DNA of 64,000 nucleotides from Mustelus asterias (Eukaryota), in assembly GCF_964213995.1 (NCBI RefSeq), contig NC_135830.1, positions 6,510,001-6,574,000 of the forward strand. The letters are read 5' to 3'. Each line of letters starts with the position of its first letter. Within the stretch, counting starts at the first letter, position 1. A program made the position numbers and the translations under genes. The notes beneath the pieces are model-generated. The model made no database searches and was not told the origin of the DNA. It worked only from the letters and a program-made list of their open reading frames with translations. This document shows positions 45,638-59,854 of the stretch, one piece after another.

Positions 45638-46104
45638 TGATTCACAGCACAGGAATATGCTGCAGAGTCAGAGAACATTGCGTTGCTAATGGTTAGCTCT
45701 GTAATCTTGCTGCTAGCATCAAACATTGAAGAGAATCGAGCAGTGATACCGAGGTTTCTTTTTACATTAGCTCCTATGATACGAATGACATATTGTGGGT
45801 GCTGTCCAGAGCGACGACGGTACCAGAACACATAACTTCGACGATCGCTTTTCTTCATGTTGCAGGTTAGAGTGACATTGCTTCCCTCCTCCACCGCCAT
45901 TCCCGAGTACCATTGTTCCACTGCTGCTTCGTGACTCCATTCTGACAGAAAACCATAAGTATTGTCAGCATCGCATCATCTCAATGAACGAGACTCTTTT
46001 GACTCTTGGTTGGAGCACATGGGGAGAATATATCTTTTGCAAGAAAGGAGATACTTACTGAGGAATGATGTAATGATGAGGAGCAGTGCCGGGTACTTCT
46101 GCAT
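45638..46104 (-). CDS. TRAV/TRDV: TCR V gene segment, open frame (family D, duplicate of 17145-17611)
   Basis: Identical protein; heptamer 45631-45637, 24-bp spacer. Confidence 0.85.
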
Positions 46105-46913
46105 GCTGCTCCCTGATTCCGTCACCCTGTCGGATGAAAAATACATTTTGCTTCCCCACTGCACTGCCAATCCCACCAATGACGAAGAGGGAGCTGCTTC
46201 AACAATATGTCAATAAAATAGGCCAGGCTACATGGCTCATAACCGGAAGAGCAAAGGCAGGTCGGGGCGGGGCTGTGGCGGCTGTATCTGTAGTTTGTAG
46301 TTTACAACTGTTGGAAACGCGTTAACACAGCGCCCTCTGGCGGTTTAACCTTTCACAAACACAAAATGCCTCAATGCTTGTTGTATACTCAATGTAATGT
46401 TTCAGAAGTAGTACTGTTACTAGACAGGGAAACAGGCCAGAAAATAATACCTACCACACGATCCAACACACAGAAACGTGACAACAAACACGAATTCTCA
46501 TTTTAGTTGTGACATCGTGAGATTTGTGCTGCAATCATTGGGATTGGGACATGCTGGTGCTCTCCTTCGGTGTAATGGAAGTGAACTCGATACAACGTAT
46601 GGCGGGCACACAAGTTTTCCAGTCAGCAGCTCACCAGGATAGGGGCCAATTATGAGCCATTATTCTAAACACGAATTCAGTCCATTTAATAATTTTATTT
46701 TGAAAAAAAAACTTAAGTGCAACTACGGTCTATTACATTATCCCAGTCCATGAATTACCGAGTCCGTTCAGAGGGATATTCTCTGAAATGGTTCACACCT
46801 CAGTTCCTAAACAGAATCAACATTCACATTATTCAGAACTCACTGAGAAATGAAAAAAAAAACTTATCGACATTCGGGAGGAGAAAAATAACTTTGTTCT
46901 TTCTGATGCAGAA

Positions 46914-47317
46914 TGGTTGGCACTACTGCCTCACAGCACCAGGAACCCGGGTCCATTTCCATTCTTGGGTCGCTGCTGTCTCACAGCACCGGGAACCCGG
47001 GTTCAATTATGGTCTTGGGCCACTGCTGTCTCACAGCACCAGGAACCCGGGTTCAATTCTGGCCTTGGGTGCCTGAGTGGAGTCTGCACATTCTCCCTCT
47101 GTCTCCGTGGGTTTCCTCCAGGTGAGCCGGGTTCCTTCCGCACTTCAAAGATGTGCTGGTTAGGTTGATTGGCCATGCTAAATTGACCCTTAGTATCAGG
47201 AAGATTACCAGGGGTTACACGGGGTTACGGGGATAGTGCCTGTGTGGGATCGTTGTTGGTGCAGGTTATTTGGCCGAATAGCCTCCTTCTGAACTGTAGG
47301 AATGCTTTGCTATGATT
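46914..47317 (+). mobile_element. HE1-like SINE with triplicated head (mirror)
   Basis: Mirror of 15932-16335. Confidence 0.85.
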
Positions 47318-47593
47318 CTCGGCAACATATTCGGTCACCGGCAAATATTTGATGCTTTTGCCTCCTTTCTCGTATGCAGTGCATTGTCTGGGTTGACGGG
47401 ACGGTGCTGAATGAAGCCAGAGTGCGCTGTTACTGCCATTGCCCGTTTTGTCCAGATGAAACCCGGTGCTTTTACCATCCGATAATTATGCTTCACATCA
47501 TCATGTGATAGACCACTTTAGAAATCGAGAAAACATACTGTTAATACAGAACACATGACTGCACGAGGAGTATTTTGTTATTTGTAAAAGTGT

Positions 47594-47645
47594 CAGTTAA
47601 GAAAGCTGCAATTGTGAGGAGCAAATACAAAGCAAATACCAACAT
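47594..47645 (-). pseudogene. Orphan family-A leader (mirror)
   Basis: Mirror of 15604-15655. Confidence 0.7.
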
Positions 47646-48140
47646 GTTTGCATGAAGTTATTGGTTGAGTTGAACAGAGCGGGCTGAGCCTGAAATGGTT
47701 TTAGTAAAGATTTAAGTTAATGTTGAGTTACGTCCTATGCCTCTGCGGTTTGGTTCATTTCTGAGAATTAAAAGGTGGTATCCAGTCAGATCATTTGGTC
47801 TCTTACTAATTCCAAACAGCTGAGCGTACATTAGTTTCCCAATTCATGATTTCAGAGGTGGACAGCAGTGAATGGAGCCCTGTGGGTTTACCTACACCTC
47901 AGGGACTGCAGCGGTTCAAGATGGCAGTTCACCAGCACACAAAACCCGAATTCAGCCAGAAAACCGACTATGTGTTGCTGGGTGAGTCTCTTTGGCGTCC
48001 TCAGCTGGCGGATCCAGTTTAATGCACGCTGGAATTTGGCTGTTGAGTGAATTCATGGTTGACTGCAGTACATACCAAGACACAGCCAGAAATATAAATT
48101 GGAGTTTTTTCAACGCGACCTTTATACTGTTGAGACGAAG

Positions 48141-48278
48141 GTCTGACGAAGAGTCTTCGAGACTCGAAACTTTGGCTCTTTTCTCTCCCCCACAGATGCT
48201 GTCAGGCCTGCTGAGATTTTCCAGCATTTTCTGTTTCGGTTTCTGATTCCAATATCCACAGAATTTTGCTTTTGTCTT
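48141..48278 (+). mobile_element. Penelope-derived fragment with hammerhead core (mirror)
   Basis: CTGACGAAGAGTCTTCGAGACTCGAAAC. Confidence 0.65.
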
Positions 48279-48478
48279 CATACCGCCGGTATTTATACCG
48301 GAAAATGATGCTAAATCTGCTGAAATCATTGCTGGAGTTCTCTGTTCAAATCCTGGGCACGAAGAAGTCGAGAGAACGCCAAGATTTTGGAGAAAGTTTG
48401 GAGGTTTTGAATCAGCATGTAGTCAGGAACGAACAGACTAATTTGGTTTATTTTGCCTATGAGAAAGAAGGCACAAAA

Positions 48479-48613
48479 CCGGTTCAATTGATATTTTCAG
48501 AATGCTGCACTTTTCAGAGAGTAAAATCTAGCATTATAGATACATTCTAAATTCACCGCTTATCTTTCTGTCTTTGCAGCTGAGGACAGCGGCTGAGTGA
48601 CAGAATGTCCATG
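48479..48613 (-). pseudogene. V FR1 relic family B (mirror)
   Basis: Mirror of 14636-14770. Confidence 0.75.
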
Positions 48614-48963
48614 CTTCGGATGTGTGCAATAGTTGTCTTTGTCTGGAGGAGGTGGACTTATCAAATAAGCTTCTTCACCCCGGGTGACATCTAAAATTCT
48701 AATAATGCATAAATAAAAACTGGAATTTATGATCGGAAACTGTTAAACGTAAACTTGACTCACAGGTGACAGAAAGCTGCATTTTGCAGTCCAGGCCGCC
48801 GCCACCAGATGGCAGTGGGATACCGAGTTCGGTTCAATGTCGGAGTGCATTCGAGACTCACAACCGTGGCCAGTAACAATATTGAGAAAATATAAATAAA
48901 AGAGCTATTTCGAAGCAAAAATATATATGAGCATTGATAGCAAACGTATATTGTTTGACGAAA

Positions 48964-50294
48964 TCAGTCAAAAAAAGCCGTGAACTGTTGGTCTGAGGAA
49001 TCGGATTATCTCCTTCGGGGCTGTTTCGAGTCAGTGGTCTGATCAGCATTTGAAAACTCTGCGACCATCCTGAACCAGTACGCTGCTACAGTAACTGACT
49101 TCATTAGTAAGTGTGTGGAAGATTATGTGCCCAAGAAACAATTCCCCAACAGGAAACTATGTATGAACAGGGCTATCCACTGTTTGCTGAAGTCTCGGTC
49201 TGAGGCGTTCAAGTCAGGCGACCCTGACTTATGCAAGGAAGTCAGATATCATCTAAGGAGATTCATCAAAGATGCCAAAAGACATTACTGGACCAAACAA
49301 GAGTCCCAGGCTAGCCACACAGACCCGCACCGACTATGGCATGTTGTGCAAAACATAACAGACTACAAGATGAAGGCATGTAAAATCGTCGGCTCCAACA
49401 CACCCCTCCCGAATGAGTTCAGTGCATTCAATCCCAGTTTTGACCAAGAGATGAAAAGCGAGAACATGCCCTCCAGCCTGGAAGCCTTGGATGAACATGT
49501 ATCGGAGGTCACCATTGCAGACGTCAGATCAGCCTTCACGATGGTCAACCCACGGAAAGTGACAGGCCCAGATAGGGTACCCGGACGTGCACTCAGATCC
49601 TGCGCGGATCAGCTGGCGGGGGTGTTCGCAAACATCTGCAACCTCTCTTGATACCAATCTGAGGTCCCTATCTGCTTTAAGAAGACAGCCCTCATCCCGG
49701 TACCAAAGAAAAGCCAGACAGCGTGGCCCTAATGACTATAGTCTGGTAGCTCTGACATTCATTATCATGAAGTGATTTGAAAGGACAGTCACGCCACAAA
49801 TTAATTCCAGCTTCCCTGACTGCCTGGATCCATTACAGTTTGCCTACCGCTGCAACAGGTCCACAGCAGACGCCATCTCTCTGGCCCTGCACTCAACCCT
49901 GGAACACCTTGATAACAAGGACACCTATGTCAGACTCCTATTTATTGACTACAGCTCAGCCTTCAACACCATTATTCCTATGAAGCGCACCTCCAAACTA
50001 CTGGCCTGGGGCTCGGCTCCTCCTTCTGCGACTGGAACCTGAATTTTCTAACACAGAGACCAAAATCAGTGACGATAGGTAACAACACCTCCCCTACGAT
50101 CATCCTCAACACCAGTACCCAAAAGACTGTGTTCCAAGCCCCTTACTCTACTCCTCATACACCAAAGATTGTGTGGCCAAATCCCCCTGCAACTCGATTT
50201 TCAAGTTTGCTGATGACACCACCATAGTGGGTCGAATCTCAGACAGAGACGAGACGGAGGGCAGGAAAGAGACAGGGAATCTGGTGAACAGCGG
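48964..50294 (+). mobile_element. Rex1/Babar-type LINE fragment (mirror)
   Basis: Mirror of 12955-14285. Confidence 0.85.
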
Positions 50295-50626
50295 AGGCAG
50301 CCTCAGGCCTTGTTCAAGTGAGTCTCTACATCTGCACGTCACCTTGCTCCTGACGTGTTTGGCACCATGTGCAAATTGCAAAGCTCAAGCCCCGCCCAGA
50401 GCAGTGACACGTGAAATGGAGTGGAGGAACCAGAGAATCTACATCAGACCATTGGGCACGCTTGTTAAAATTCTGCTACCCTGTTACCGTGTCCGTTACT
50501 AGTTATTGCAAAATAATTACACAAGGTAATTCCTCCCCCTTCGTTATAGCTTTCCGTAGAACAGAGTTCAAACAGATTGCAACGTTCAATATATCTCTTT
50601 CCGAAGAGATTATTGCTGATTTTATA

Positions 50627-51078
50627 ATGAGACTCATGCCGTATCGTCATCTGGTTATATTGTGGCTGGTGTTCGGTATGTAGTTATATCTTGTTATTTA
50701 TTTGTCGTACTGTGATGTTAAATGCCTTTTCCACTCAGTTGTTGTATTAAACCTTCCCTTATGTTTTATTTCAGGGCTGATTCAAGCAGATTCTCTGTCA
50801 CAACCTCAGCCTGCACTGTCTATCACTGAAGGAGATAGAGTGAAAGTGGACTGCAGCTACACAACAAGTTACAGCGATCCGGATCGTTATTGGTACAGAC
50901 AATACACGGACCAGGCTCCGCATTTTATTTTGTATCGAGATTTAAGCAATAAAGTAGATGCAGATTTTGCCAAGGGAAGATTCGAGGCCGACCAGCTTAA
51001 TGCAGAAAATATGTTTCCGTTAACGATCACTCGAACAGAAATCCAGGACACCGCCGTCTATTTCTGTGCGCTGAGAGA
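50627..51078 (+). CDS. TRAV/TRDV: TCR V gene segment, intact (family C duplicate); exons 50627-50675, 50775-51078
   Basis: Consensus RSS CACAGTG(51079)-23-ACAAAAACC(51109-51117); differs V/L and Q/E from the left copy. Confidence 0.93.
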
Positions 51079-51772
51079 CACAGTGATTTAAAACACATCT
51101 GCCGCTGTACAAAAACCCTAGTGATGTAGAACTGCCACTTCAAGGAAACCTGTGCATTACTGTGCGATAGCTTCCAGGAAACCAAAGTCTTTCGGTTCCG
51201 GGGCGCGGGGTGGGGTGGGGGGGGGGGGGGGAGTATGGTTGCAAAGCTGAAACTTAAAGGAGACTGAGAGGAAAGACGGCAGTCACTGTACAAAAGCCTC
51301 CCTCCTGCTTACGGTTCCAGAACAGCTGCAGAAATCTCTCTCAATTACACAGGGCAGGGAAGGAGGGGAGAGACTGAATGCAGTGAACGAAAGCTGTGAG
51401 CGGGGATTTGTCAATCCCTTCCGAAGGTCAAAGCATAAAGTATCCAATTGAATAGACAATCAGTCAGGGACTGCGGTGCTTGTTTTGGGGAAATCATCAA
51501 CATTGCTGAATTGTGTGATTATAATTAGCTGTGAAAATTAGGACATTCAAATACATTTGTGTTTCTTCATGTGACTGTGTGATTGGGAATATTAACAGGA
51601 TTCTGCTGAAAAATTCATATTTACCTGAAGTGTCGATATTCTGCCATGGATTTCCTCGGCTCCTCACTTCTTATGAAATTCCGACGTAAAAAGTCCTGAA
51701 CAACTTTCCGAGCATGTCTGCACCGAAACAAAGTTAATGTTGCCCCCCTCGCCATTCGCAGCAGAGGGTTCA

Positions 51773-53260
51773 ATGGGTACCCGGACGAACACTCAGATCC
51801 TGTGCGGACCAGCTGGCGGGGGTATTCGCAAACATCTTCAACCTCTCTCTACACCAATCTGAGGTCCCTATCTGTTTCAAGAAGACGACCATCATCCCGG
51901 TACCAATGAAAAGCCAGGCAGCGGCTTTAATGACTATCTCCGGTGTCTCTGACATCCATCATTATGAAGTGTTTCGAAAGTTTGGCAATGGCACGAATCA
52001 TCCTTCCTCAAATATGGGGCCCAAAACTGTTTACAGTATTTCAAATGGGGTCTGACCAGAGCCTTGCAGAGCCTCAGAAGTACATCCCTGCTCTTGTATT
52101 CTACCTCTCCGGACATGAATGCTAACTTTGCATTTACTTCCTAGCTGCTAACTGAACCCGCACGTTAACCTTGAGAGCATCTTGAACAATGACTCCCCCT
52201 TTGTGCCTTTATTTCCACGAAACTCATCTCTAAACTCCATGGCCTGGGGCTCGGCTCCTCCCTCTGCGAATAATCCTCATCTTCCTCGCCCACAGACCAA
52301 AATCAGTAAGGATAGGCAACAACACCTATTCCACGATCATCCTCAACACCGGCGCCCCAGAAGGTGTGGCCTCAGCCCCTTATACACCTATGACTATGTG
52401 GCCAAATTCCCCTCCGACTCGATTTTCAAGTTTGTTAATGGCACCACCGTGGTGGCTTAGATCTCAAACAATCATGAGACGGAATACAGGAAAGAGATAG
52501 AGAATCTGGTGAGTTGGTGTGACGACAATAATCTCTCCCTCAATGTCAACAAAGCGAAGGAGATGGTCATTGACTTCAGGAAGCGTAGTGGAGGACATGT
52601 CCGTGTCTCCATCAACGGGGACGAAGTGGGAATTGTCGAGAGATTCAGGTGTCCATGTCACAAATAACCTTTCCTGGTCCCTCCATCCCAACGCGACAGT
52701 TAAGAAAGATCGTCAACGCCAGTACTTTCACAGGAGGCTAAGGAAACTGGTATGTCTGTCACTACTCTCACCAACGTTTACAGATGCACCATAGAAAGCA
52801 TTCCTCCTGGTTATATCACAACTTGGTATGGCTCACGACCGCAAGAAACTACAAAGGGTCGAGATCAAAGTCCAGTCCATCACTGAAACCAGTCTCCCAT
52901 CCACTGACACTGTCTACAATTCCCGCTGCCTCGGAAAAGCAGCCAGCATAGCCAAGGACCCCACGCACCCGGGATCAAATCTCTTAACCTTCTTCAGGCG
53001 GGAAAAATATACAAAAGTTTGTGTACATGGACCAACCGACTTAAGAATAGCTTCTTTCGTGCTGCCATCAGACTTTTGATTGGACCTCCCTTGTATTAAT
53101 TTGGTCTTTCTCTGCACCCTAGCCATGACTGCAACTCTATATTCTGCACCTTTCCCTTTCCTTCTCTATGTACAATATGCTTTGTCTATATAGCGCACAA
53201 GAAAAATACTTTTCACTATACACTAATACATTTGACAATAAAAACTCAATTCAAATCAAG
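51773..53260 (+). mobile_element. Decayed Rex1/Babar LINE with nested CR1 piece (mirror)
   Basis: Mirror of 9985-11472. Confidence 0.75.
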
Positions 53261-54091
53261 TTATGATCTGGGCTACACTTTATACCAGACTGGAACCATC
53301 AACAGAATTAGAGCATTCTGTTACATTCTGTCGAAGTCTAAACCGCTCGCCATGTGTTCCTTATGTTCCTTAGTGATGATAATGGTCTTGCTGCCCAGCG
53401 AGTCTATTTTTTAATCGCCAGTGTGTCATCCAGTGGACATATTTACATTTTGAACAATTCTGTATTTGTGCTATAGGAATGAGTGGTGAGGATTCATCAT
53501 TGTATTTTAATTCAGGTTTATAGTAACACTGAGTTTTAGAAATATTTTTGATCTGTTTATTTTACTTTCTGTTTTGAAGCTGTTTCCGTGCCTGTCTGTA
53601 ACACTGAACAACTCTTCTCCATCTCCCCTGTCAGATTTGGGGAGCTTTTGACCCGAGGCCAATTCACTGAGTTTATTTCTTCAGGGTGAGTTGTTGGGTC
53701 AGAGACAGTTTATGCAAAATGAACAAATTTCACAACATAGTGACTGTGATCATTCAGACAAGCCCCGGGTACAGATTTACACCAGTCACCATTCAATTTC
53801 TGAATGTTTCCGTAACAGGTTTGAAATATTCATCGGCTTTGCAGAAACAAGAAACAACAAGGAACCAACACAGCAACGAGAAACACGTGAAGAAGACGGA
53901 TATGATGAGAGGTTTAATGTTATTCTGATACAAGATGAAAACGGTCAGGGAGATGGGGAAGGGTTGCTCTGCTTTGTTTGAGAAATCACAATCACCACCT
54001 TGTGAACTCTGTTCCGGATGTGCAAACTGTCTCGAATGCAGCAACACAGATAAAATGAACCCTATGAACCCCCAAATGTTCTGAGAAACTG

Positions 54092-54811
54092 AGAAGGTAG
54101 ACTGAGACCTCTTTTTAGGTCAAACCAAACCAAGTAAACAAACTCAGATTAAATCAGGACAAAGTAAAAGGGGCAGCTCCCCAAAAAGGAGGGGGAACAG
54201 CCCGAACAGAAATCAAAATACAAAGGAAACTTAAAAACATCAAATTAAAATGTGATTATTAGGGTCAATAATGCACCCCAACCCCTGCGGTGCCCAGCGG
54301 GCGCGGAAAGCGTCAACCTCGCCCGTGGAAGAAGGTAGACTGAGACCTCTTTTTAGGTCAAACCAAGTAAACAAACTCAAATTAAATCAGGACAAAGTAA
54401 AAGGGGCAGCTCCCCAAAAAGGAGGGGGAACAGCCCGAACAGAAATCAAAATGCAAAGGAAACTTAAAAACATCAAATTAAAATGTGATTATTAGGGTCA
54501 ATAATGCACCCCAACCCCTGCGGTGCCCAGCGGGCGCGGAAAGCGTCAACCTCGCCCGTGGAAGAAGGTAGACTGAGACCTCTTTTTAGGTCAAACCAAG
54601 TAAACAAACTCAAATTAAATCAGGACAAAGTAAAAGGGGCAGCTCCCCAAAAAGGAGGGGGAACAGCCCGAACAGAAATCAAAATGCAAAGGAAACTTAA
54701 AAACATCAAATTAAAATGTGATTATTAGGGTCAATAATGCACCCCAACCCCTGCGGTGCCCAGCGGGCGCGGAAAGCGTCAACCTCGCCCGTGGAAGAAG
54801 GTAGACTGAGA
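54092..54811 (-). mobile_element. Three tandem Tx1 3'-end fragments with repeated 16-bp TSD
   Basis: Periods 238/233/233; AGAAGGTAGACTGAGA occurs four times. Confidence 0.92.
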
Positions 54812-55000
54812 AGGCAGCAAGAGACAAACGGGGCCTTCAGGACAAAAGGACGTCAGATAAACACGGCGGACGCCCGCCTGCTGTCTATGTGAAGCCCGAC
54901 AGCCACATTTGGTCGAGAGAGTCAGGTTTCGAGGTGTTCAGATCATCAACATCCTGGTCCCCCCAAGCCAACGTTATGAGACACACGCCGCAATGACACC

Positions 55001-55191
55001 CACCGCCGGCGGCCATTTTGCGTTGCCAAGGGAGACGGCCAGCGGCCATATTCCCGTTGCCAAGGGAGACGGCGGCGACATCTTGCGTTGCCAGGGGAGA
55101 CGGCATCAATGCGGCGGCGTCCCGCGCGCTGATCTCTGGGAGCATTCCCGTCCCGCACATGCGCACAGTGGCAGCCCCGCCCCCTCGACAG
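55001..55191 (-). promoter_or_regulatory. CpG-rich RFX+YY1 element (mirror)
   Basis: Three GTTGCCA(A/G)GGGAGAC motifs. Confidence 0.5.
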
Positions 55192-55386
55192 ACCCCCTGT
55201 TGTCCCGCCAACGAGCATGGGCCGGGCCGGAGTGGGCAAGAGGTGACACTGGGAATGAGCAGCCCCCGGGAGCGTTACAGCGACGCCTCGTGGCCAGGAA
55301 GGGCAATAGCAGCAGCACAGTCTCTGCCCAAAGGCTTCCCCAATTCAGCTGCTCAGAGACACTGGGAATCTCTTCAAGTGGAAACT

Positions 55387-55575
55387 CCAAAGATGTGCGG
55401 GTTAGGTTGATTGGCCAGGTTAAAAAATTGCCCCTTAGAGTCCTGGGATGTGTAGGTTAGAGGGATTAGCGGGTAAAATATGTGGGGGTAGGGCTGGGTG
55501 GGATTGTGGTCGGTGCAGACTCGATGGGCCGAATGGCCTCCTTCTGCACTGTAGGGTTTCTATGATTTCTATGAT
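55387..55575 (+). mobile_element. HE1-like SINE 3' half (mirror)
   Basis: Mirror of 7896-8084. Confidence 0.85.
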
Positions 55576-55725
55576 TCAGCTTCTCACATTCACCCCCTGT
55601 GTTCAGTCATTGTTTCCTAGACAACCTCTGTAGTGACATCACAAACAACTTGTTCACATTGAAGGCGATGGGAATCTGGACCATTCGGCTTCAAAGCCAT
55701 TGAGCTTTGAAATTTCAATTGAAAT

Positions 55726-56105
55726 AATAATGAAGGGGCTGGATAGGGTAGAGGTGGAGAGATTCTTTCCACTTAGAAGGGAAACCAGAACTAGAGGGCA
55801 CAGCCTCAAAATAATGAGGGGCCGGTTCAGAACTAGAGTTGAGGGGGAACTTCTCCTCTCAGAGGGTAGTGAATCTCTGGAATTCTCTGCCCATTGAAGT
55901 GGTGGAGGCTTCCTCGTTGAATATGTTTAAATCACGAGTAGATAGTTTTCTGATCGATAAGGGAATTAGGGGATATGGGGAGCAGGCGGGTAAGTGGAAC
56001 TGATTCGCTTCAGATCAGCCATGATCTTGTTGAATGGCGGGGCAGGCTCGAAAGGCCAGATGGCCTACTCCTGCTCCTATTTCTTATGCTCTTATGTTCT
56101 TATGT
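55726..56105 (+). mobile_element. CR1 3' fragment (mirror)
   Basis: Mirror of 7366-7745. Confidence 0.9.
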
Positions 56106-56637
56106 AAATGTTGGAGATGAGAATTTATAGATGCAAGTCATGTTGCATGTGGAACGCTCATGATGCCACAATTAGAGCAGTACAGACATCTCACAGGGTT
56201 GTGTGACTGGAGGAGATGTCAGAGATGGGGTGGTTAAATATAGAGGTACGGTCTGAAGCTAAGTTTTGGGTAAAAGATGGCAGTAATGTTGTGACATTAA
56301 TTTAGCTTCAGATAGTTGCTGGGGAGGGGGATAGAGAGGTTGGGGAGTGATGTTTGTATTGGGGCAATCTCTCTCTCTCTCATCATGTATATATATGAAT
56401 CCATCTATCACTCTCTATCTCTCTTTACCCATTGTGTCCAGAGTCTCGTGAAGGCGCAGGCCGGTGGCAGGTCATTACTGCCGAGGAGGACAGCCTTCAG
56501 CGCACTGGACCTGCGTTGCTGCACGGATAGCTCGAGGCACCTCTGCCTCCGACAGCATCACCTTCCACACGTGTGTCTCTTCTGGACTGTGTGTGTGTCG
56601 TGTGTAACTGGTGGGGACTATACAATCCAACTGGAAC

Positions 56638-57001
56638 ATGGAATGGTGGGAAGGTCTTATGAGCAAAGGCTGAGGGACTTGAGGCTGTTTTCGTTAGAGA
56701 GATGAAGGTTAAGAGGTGACTTAATAGAGGCATACAAGATGATCAGAGGATTAGATAGGGTGGACAGTGAGAGCCTTTTTCCTCGGATGGTGATGGCTAG
56801 CATGAGGGGACATAACTTTAAATTGAGGGGTGATAGATATAGGATAGATATCAGAGGTAGGTTCTTCACTCAGAGAGTAGTAAGGGCGTGGAATGCCCTG
56901 CCTGCAACAGTAGTCGACTCGCCAACATAAGGGCATTTGAATGGTCGTTGGATAAACATATGGATGATATTGGAATAGTGTCGGTTAGATGGGCTTTAGA
57001 T
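56638..57001 (+). mobile_element. CR1 3' fragment (mirror)
   Basis: Mirror of 6470-6833. Confidence 0.85.
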
Positions 57002-57655
57002 TAAACACTTCAAAACTTAACTCCGTGCTCAAGGCTGGAAGGAGAGTGTGACAGTCGATAATTGGCACTGTGTACGTTCCTGCAATCAGGAACTGGATCA
57101 GGAAGATGAGATACCTGTGTCCCTTTATACTGTTATCTCTAAACTCCATCTCCTCTCAATGCCGTGTGTCATACATTCGCTTTCCTTGCTTTCCAGGTAA
57201 AGATCGGGTTCACCAACTCTCTGTGTCTGTATCAAGCAGCTAACTGACCCTGGGAAATGGACAACCAAAGGGAGCTGGATGAGAGGCAGCGACAGAAACA
57301 GGAAGAGAAGCGACAGGATAAAGTTTCATAAATGAGTTCTGCCAGTTGCATTCCGTGGTGAATGTCTGCCGTGTGTTACCTTGCAAGTTTCACAGAAGCC
57401 ACAGTGATGAGTTTGGTGGGATTTGGAAATTGAAAGTGCCACATGACCAGCTGCGGGACTATTTCACCTCACGGTCGATTTCATGTTGCAGCTAACAGGA
57501 TTCGCTGTTTTAATTGGCTGAACAGTCCCTTGGGTTCGATCTAAACATGACAATTTAAAGGAGAAACTTGTTTTTGGTGAATAAAAAGTCTGAAATAAAA
57601 ATAAAAGGCAGAAGGCTCATGGATAAATTAATCTTTTAAAGAGTTTGGACCAGCT

Positions 57656-57727
57656 TCCCTGGTGGTCTAGTGGTTAGGATTCGGCGCTCTCACCGCCGCG
57701 GCCCGGGTTCGATTCCCGGTCAGGGAA
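57656..57727 (+). tRNA. trnE-CTC: tRNA-Glu (CTC)
   Basis: Canonical 72-nt sequence identical to 5744-5815. Confidence 0.97.
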
Positions 57728-57921
57728 AGTAGATTTATTGCTGCGTAAAAATCCTGCGTTCCTTCCAGGTTTGTGCCAGTTTTGTGGGAATCAGTATAAG
57801 GCAGATTTCCTCCTTTGTGTCTGAATTGGAAATGTCACATGTCAAGAACAAAGAAAAGAGAGAAATAGGATACAACGCGCTGACGATATCGATGGTGATG
57901 CGGTCTGAAATCTGGCTGTTG

Positions 57922-59854
57922 ATGGAGTAAATTTTATTGTTTCCACTGACACAAATACCTCGCAGGTCTGGGTCCAAATCTCGGACTCAGTGACAAGAAC
58001 ATAGAACATAGAACATAGAACATTACAGCGCAGAACAGGCCCTTCGGCCCACGATGTTGCACCGACCAGTTAAAAAAAAACTGTGACCCTCCAACCTAAA
58101 CCAATTTCTTTTCGTCCATGAACCTATCTACGGATCTCTTAAACGCCCCCAAACTAGGCGCATTTACAACTGATGCTGGCAGGGCATTCCAATCCCTCAC
58201 CACCCTCTGGGTAAAGAACCTACCCCTGACATCGGTTCTATAACTACCCCCCCCCTCAATTTAAAGCCATGCCCCCTCGTGCTGGATTTCTCCATCAGAG
58301 GAAAAAGGCTATCACTATCCACCCTATCTAAACCTCTAATCATCTTATATGTTTCAATAAGATCCCCTCTTAGCCGCCGCCTTTCCAGCGAAAACAATCC
58401 CAAATCCCTCAGCCTCTCCTCATAGGATCTCCCCTCCATACCAGGCAACATCCTGGTAAACCTCCTCTGCACCCTCTCCAAAGCCTCCACATCCTTCCTG
58501 TAATGTGGGGACCAGAACTGCACACAGTACTCCAAGTGCGGCCGCACCAGAGTTGTGTACAGTTGCAACATAACGCTACGACTCCTAAATTCAATCCCCC
58601 TACCAATAAACGCCAAGACACCATATGCCTTCTTAACAACCTTATCTACTTGATTCCCAACTTTCAGGGATCTATGCACACATACACCTAGATCCCTCTG
58701 CTCCTCCACACTATTCAAAGTCCTCCCGTTAGCCCTATACTCAACACATCTGTTATTCCTACCAAAGTGAATTACCTCACACTTCTCCGCATTAAACTCC
58801 ATCCGCCACCTCTCGGCCCAACTTTGCAACCTGTCTAAGTCTTCCTGCAAACTACGACACCCTTCCTCACTGTCTACCACACCACCGACTTTGGTGTCAT
58901 CAGCAAATTTGCTAATCCACCCAACTATACCCTCATCCAGATCATTAATAAATATTACAAACAGCAGTGGCCCCAAAACAGATCCCTGAGGTACACCACT
59001 TGTAACCGCACTCCATGATGAATATTTACTATCAACCACCACCCTCTGTTTCCTATCCGCTAGCCAATTCCTGATCCAATTTCCTAGATCACCCCCAATC
59101 CCATACATCTGTATTTTCTGCAGAAGCCTACCATGGTGAACCTTATCAAACGCCTTACTAAAATCCATATATACCACGTCCACTGCCTTGCCCCCATCCA
59201 CCTCCTTGGTCACTTTCTCAAAAAACTCAATAAGGTTAGTAAGGCACGACCTACCTGCCACAAAACCATGCTGACTATCACCTATCAATTCATTACTCTC
59301 CAAATAACTATAAATCCTATCCCTTATAATTTTTTCCAACATCTTGCCGACAACAGAAGTGAGACTCACCGGTCTATAATTCCCAGGGAAGTCTCTGTTC
59401 CCCTTCTTAAACAATGGGACAACATTCGCTAACCTCCAATCTTCTGGTACTATACCAGAGGCCAACGACGACCTGAAGATCAGAGCCAGAGGCTCTGCAA
59501 TCACTTCTCTTGCCTCCCAGAGAATCCTTGGATAAATCCCATCCGGACCAGGGGATTTATCTATTTTCAGACCCTCCAGAATATCCTGCACATCCTCCTT
59601 ATCAACTGTAATACTGTCTATTCTACTCCCCTGCAACCCAGTGTCCTCCTAAAGACCTTTAATTGTAACTCTCCGACCTCCAGTGAAGTGGAGGCAGTTT
59701 TCACTCAGAAAGCAGTAACTGCGAGATTAACAGCGTGGGATGGAAAAAGACTCAGTTTGCGCGGTGACGCTGCGGACACTCCGACAGTGCTGTGTATTTC
59801 TGTGCCATTGAGCCCACACTGCTGCAGAGAAAGAGCGGGTCCCGGACAAAACCC
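57922..59854 (+). pseudogene. Internally deleted V pseudogene (mirror of 5271-5549) with CR1 in its intron
   Basis: SDSAVYFCAIEP then CACACTG-24-ACAAAACCC at 59815-59854. Confidence 0.68.
58000..59651 (-). mobile_element. 5'-truncated CR1 LINE, right-arm-specific insertion
   Basis: 479-aa RT ORF 58197-59636 (FADD); (TATGTTC)n tail; empty site in left arm at ~5471. Confidence 0.95.
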
